64,000 bases of DNA from Felis catus. Its lineage: Eukaryota. Each line of letters starts with the position of its first letter. Position 1 is the stretch's first letter. This document shows, piece after piece, positions 62,688 through 64,000 of this stretch. The notes under the pieces are model-generated. The model did not search any database and had not been told where the DNA came from. It saw nothing but the letters and a program-made list of their open reading frames with translations. The position numbers and the translations under genes are program-made. The stretch lies in contig NC_058369.1 of assembly GCF_018350175.1 (NCBI RefSeq), positions 20,152,001-20,216,000 of the forward strand, in the 5' to 3' direction.

Positions 62688-62723
62688 CGGCAGCGGCGGC
62701 GGCGGCGGTGGAGGAGGAGGAGG
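62688..62723 (+). repeat. (CGG)n(AGG)n trinucleotide tract in MANF 5' leader
   Basis: cggcagcggcggcggcggcggtggaggaggaggagg directly before the ATG. Confidence 0.85.
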
Positions 62724-62808
62724 ATGTGGGCCACGCAGGGGCTGGCGGTGGCGCTGGCTCTGAGCGTGTTGCCGGGCGGCCGGGCTCTGCGGCCAGGCGA
62801 CTGCGAAG
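62724..62808 (+). CDS. MANF: MANF coding exon 1 (signal peptide [21 protein letters not shown] + LRPGDCE)
   Basis: ATG with A at -3; matches recalled MANF N-terminus; G|gtgcgg donor. Confidence 0.96.
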
Positions 62809-63550
62809 GTGCGGCGGGGCCGGGGTCCGCGCACCGAGGCCGGCCTGGCGGCGGCTCTGAACCCACCCAGACCACCGAACGGCCGAGAGGCCGGGGCTGG
62901 AACGGGCGGGGGCGGCGGCCGTCCCAGCGGGGTCCGCCCGAAGAGGGGCGGACGCCGGCCTAGAAAACAGTTCCTGAGCCTAGGAAACTGGTCCAACAAG
63001 AAAAAGTTGGGACTAGATCGTGCAGAAAACTTGGCTTGAAATTGAGATAACGCCGGAGTTTCTTTCTTTTCCCATCACGGGGCAGAGGCTCTCCCTGGCC
63101 CAGGTCGGGAGTCCCCAGGGCCGGCCATGGGCACCATTCTGGGGCCGGTGGGCCTGCGAAGCCGCACCTCGGGTTCGATGTTGTATTTGGAAATGAGAAG
63201 CATTTGGATTGTTTTTGTCTTCGCCCTCCGGTTTGGCCTCTTCTGAGGTCACAGTGAGTCCATCCCAAGGACACGTGTTCAATCTCGGCTTAAACTTTAT
63301 GGAAGGAGCAGGGAGGAGCCATGTGTGGGTCACTGGGTGATGCTCGTTCCCCATGTGCCCTAGGTGTACCAAGGGACCCCAGCAACCCGGAGGTGGGTTC
63401 TGCCCACCCGTGGGCACCTGAGAAAACCCGGTGATGGAAAAACTCATCTCTCACCGTGTCTGCTATTTAAATTGATGACGGAGTTCCCTCCTGGTGGATT
63501 GGGGTGCACCTTGGTGATTGCTGAGCATCTCCCTTCCCTCTCTTTTCCAG

Positions 63551-63678
63551 TCTGTATCTCTTATCTGGGAAGATTTTATCAGGACCTCAAAGATCGAGAT
63601 GTCACATTCTCACCATCCTCTGTTGAAAAAGAGCTTATAAAATTCTGCCGGGAAGCAAGAGGCAAAGAGAATCGGTTG
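63551..63678 (+). CDS. MANF: MANF coding exon 2 ([43 protein letters not shown]), saposin-like domain; gene continues past the window
   Basis: ttttccag| acceptor, TTG|gtgagt donor, phase matches exon 1. Confidence 0.96.
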
Positions 63679-64000
63679 GTGAGTAGCTGGTTACCCTCCC
63701 TGGCTGGCCCTGCCCACTTGCCTGTTCAGGAGGTTAACTGTTCTGTTAGTATGCTAGTGTGGGACTCCAGTCTCCAGTGTTTTCATGAATTCTGCAGTTG
63801 TGAGGTTTTGTTACCCTGTTAGTATTGAATGAGCACGTACTGGGTGCTGGGCACTGGGAGTATCAGTGGGGAGAAATGACAGGCAAATAAATGACAGCAG
63901 CGGGATGAGTGTCCAGCAGAAAATAGACCACGGTGCTCTGGCAGAGAGGGGAGATGCTGATTTAGGCAAAATAGTCAAGAATCTCTCTGAGGAAGAGTTG

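Larger units (their letters stand above)
61810..63250. promoter_or_regulatory. MANF: CpG island / MANF promoter and exon 1 (limits approximate)
   Basis: Abrupt rise in GC and CpG density relative to the rest of the window. Confidence 0.9.

Overview
This is mammalian genomic DNA, almost certainly felid, judging by its CAN-SINE/SINEC_Fc-type SINEs and L1_Fc-type L1 3' ends. The + strand carries the 3' half of DOCK3: 25 canonical coding exons from 686 to the stop at 59056, joining in frame to give about 1,024 aa that include the DHR2 Rac-GEF domain and the Ser/Pro-rich tail. A ~2.55 kb 3' UTR follows, with ATTAAA at 61598. About 1.1 kb downstream lie the CpG-island promoter and first two coding exons of MANF. 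The 14.8 kb intron (4345-19159) is packed with nested, inverted and same-site L1/SINE insertions. The most notable observations are: (1) a frame-preserving 123-nt cassette exon at 57037-57159, absent from the canonical DOCK3 protein as I recall it, resembling the DOCK4 alternative 'Ex49' segment and adding a PPVPPR SH3 ligand; (2) a GT-AG U12-type intron inside DHR2; (3) a 27-nt microexon with a UGC/TGCATG-rich acceptor; (4) a distal UTR block with three Pumilio elements and a miR-486-5p 8mer; (5) an ERSE-II and helically phased CCAAT boxes in the MANF promoter. I found no wholly new gene system. Most listed six-frame ORFs are spurious or repeat-derived. Gene identities rest on my recall of the human proteins, not on a database search.
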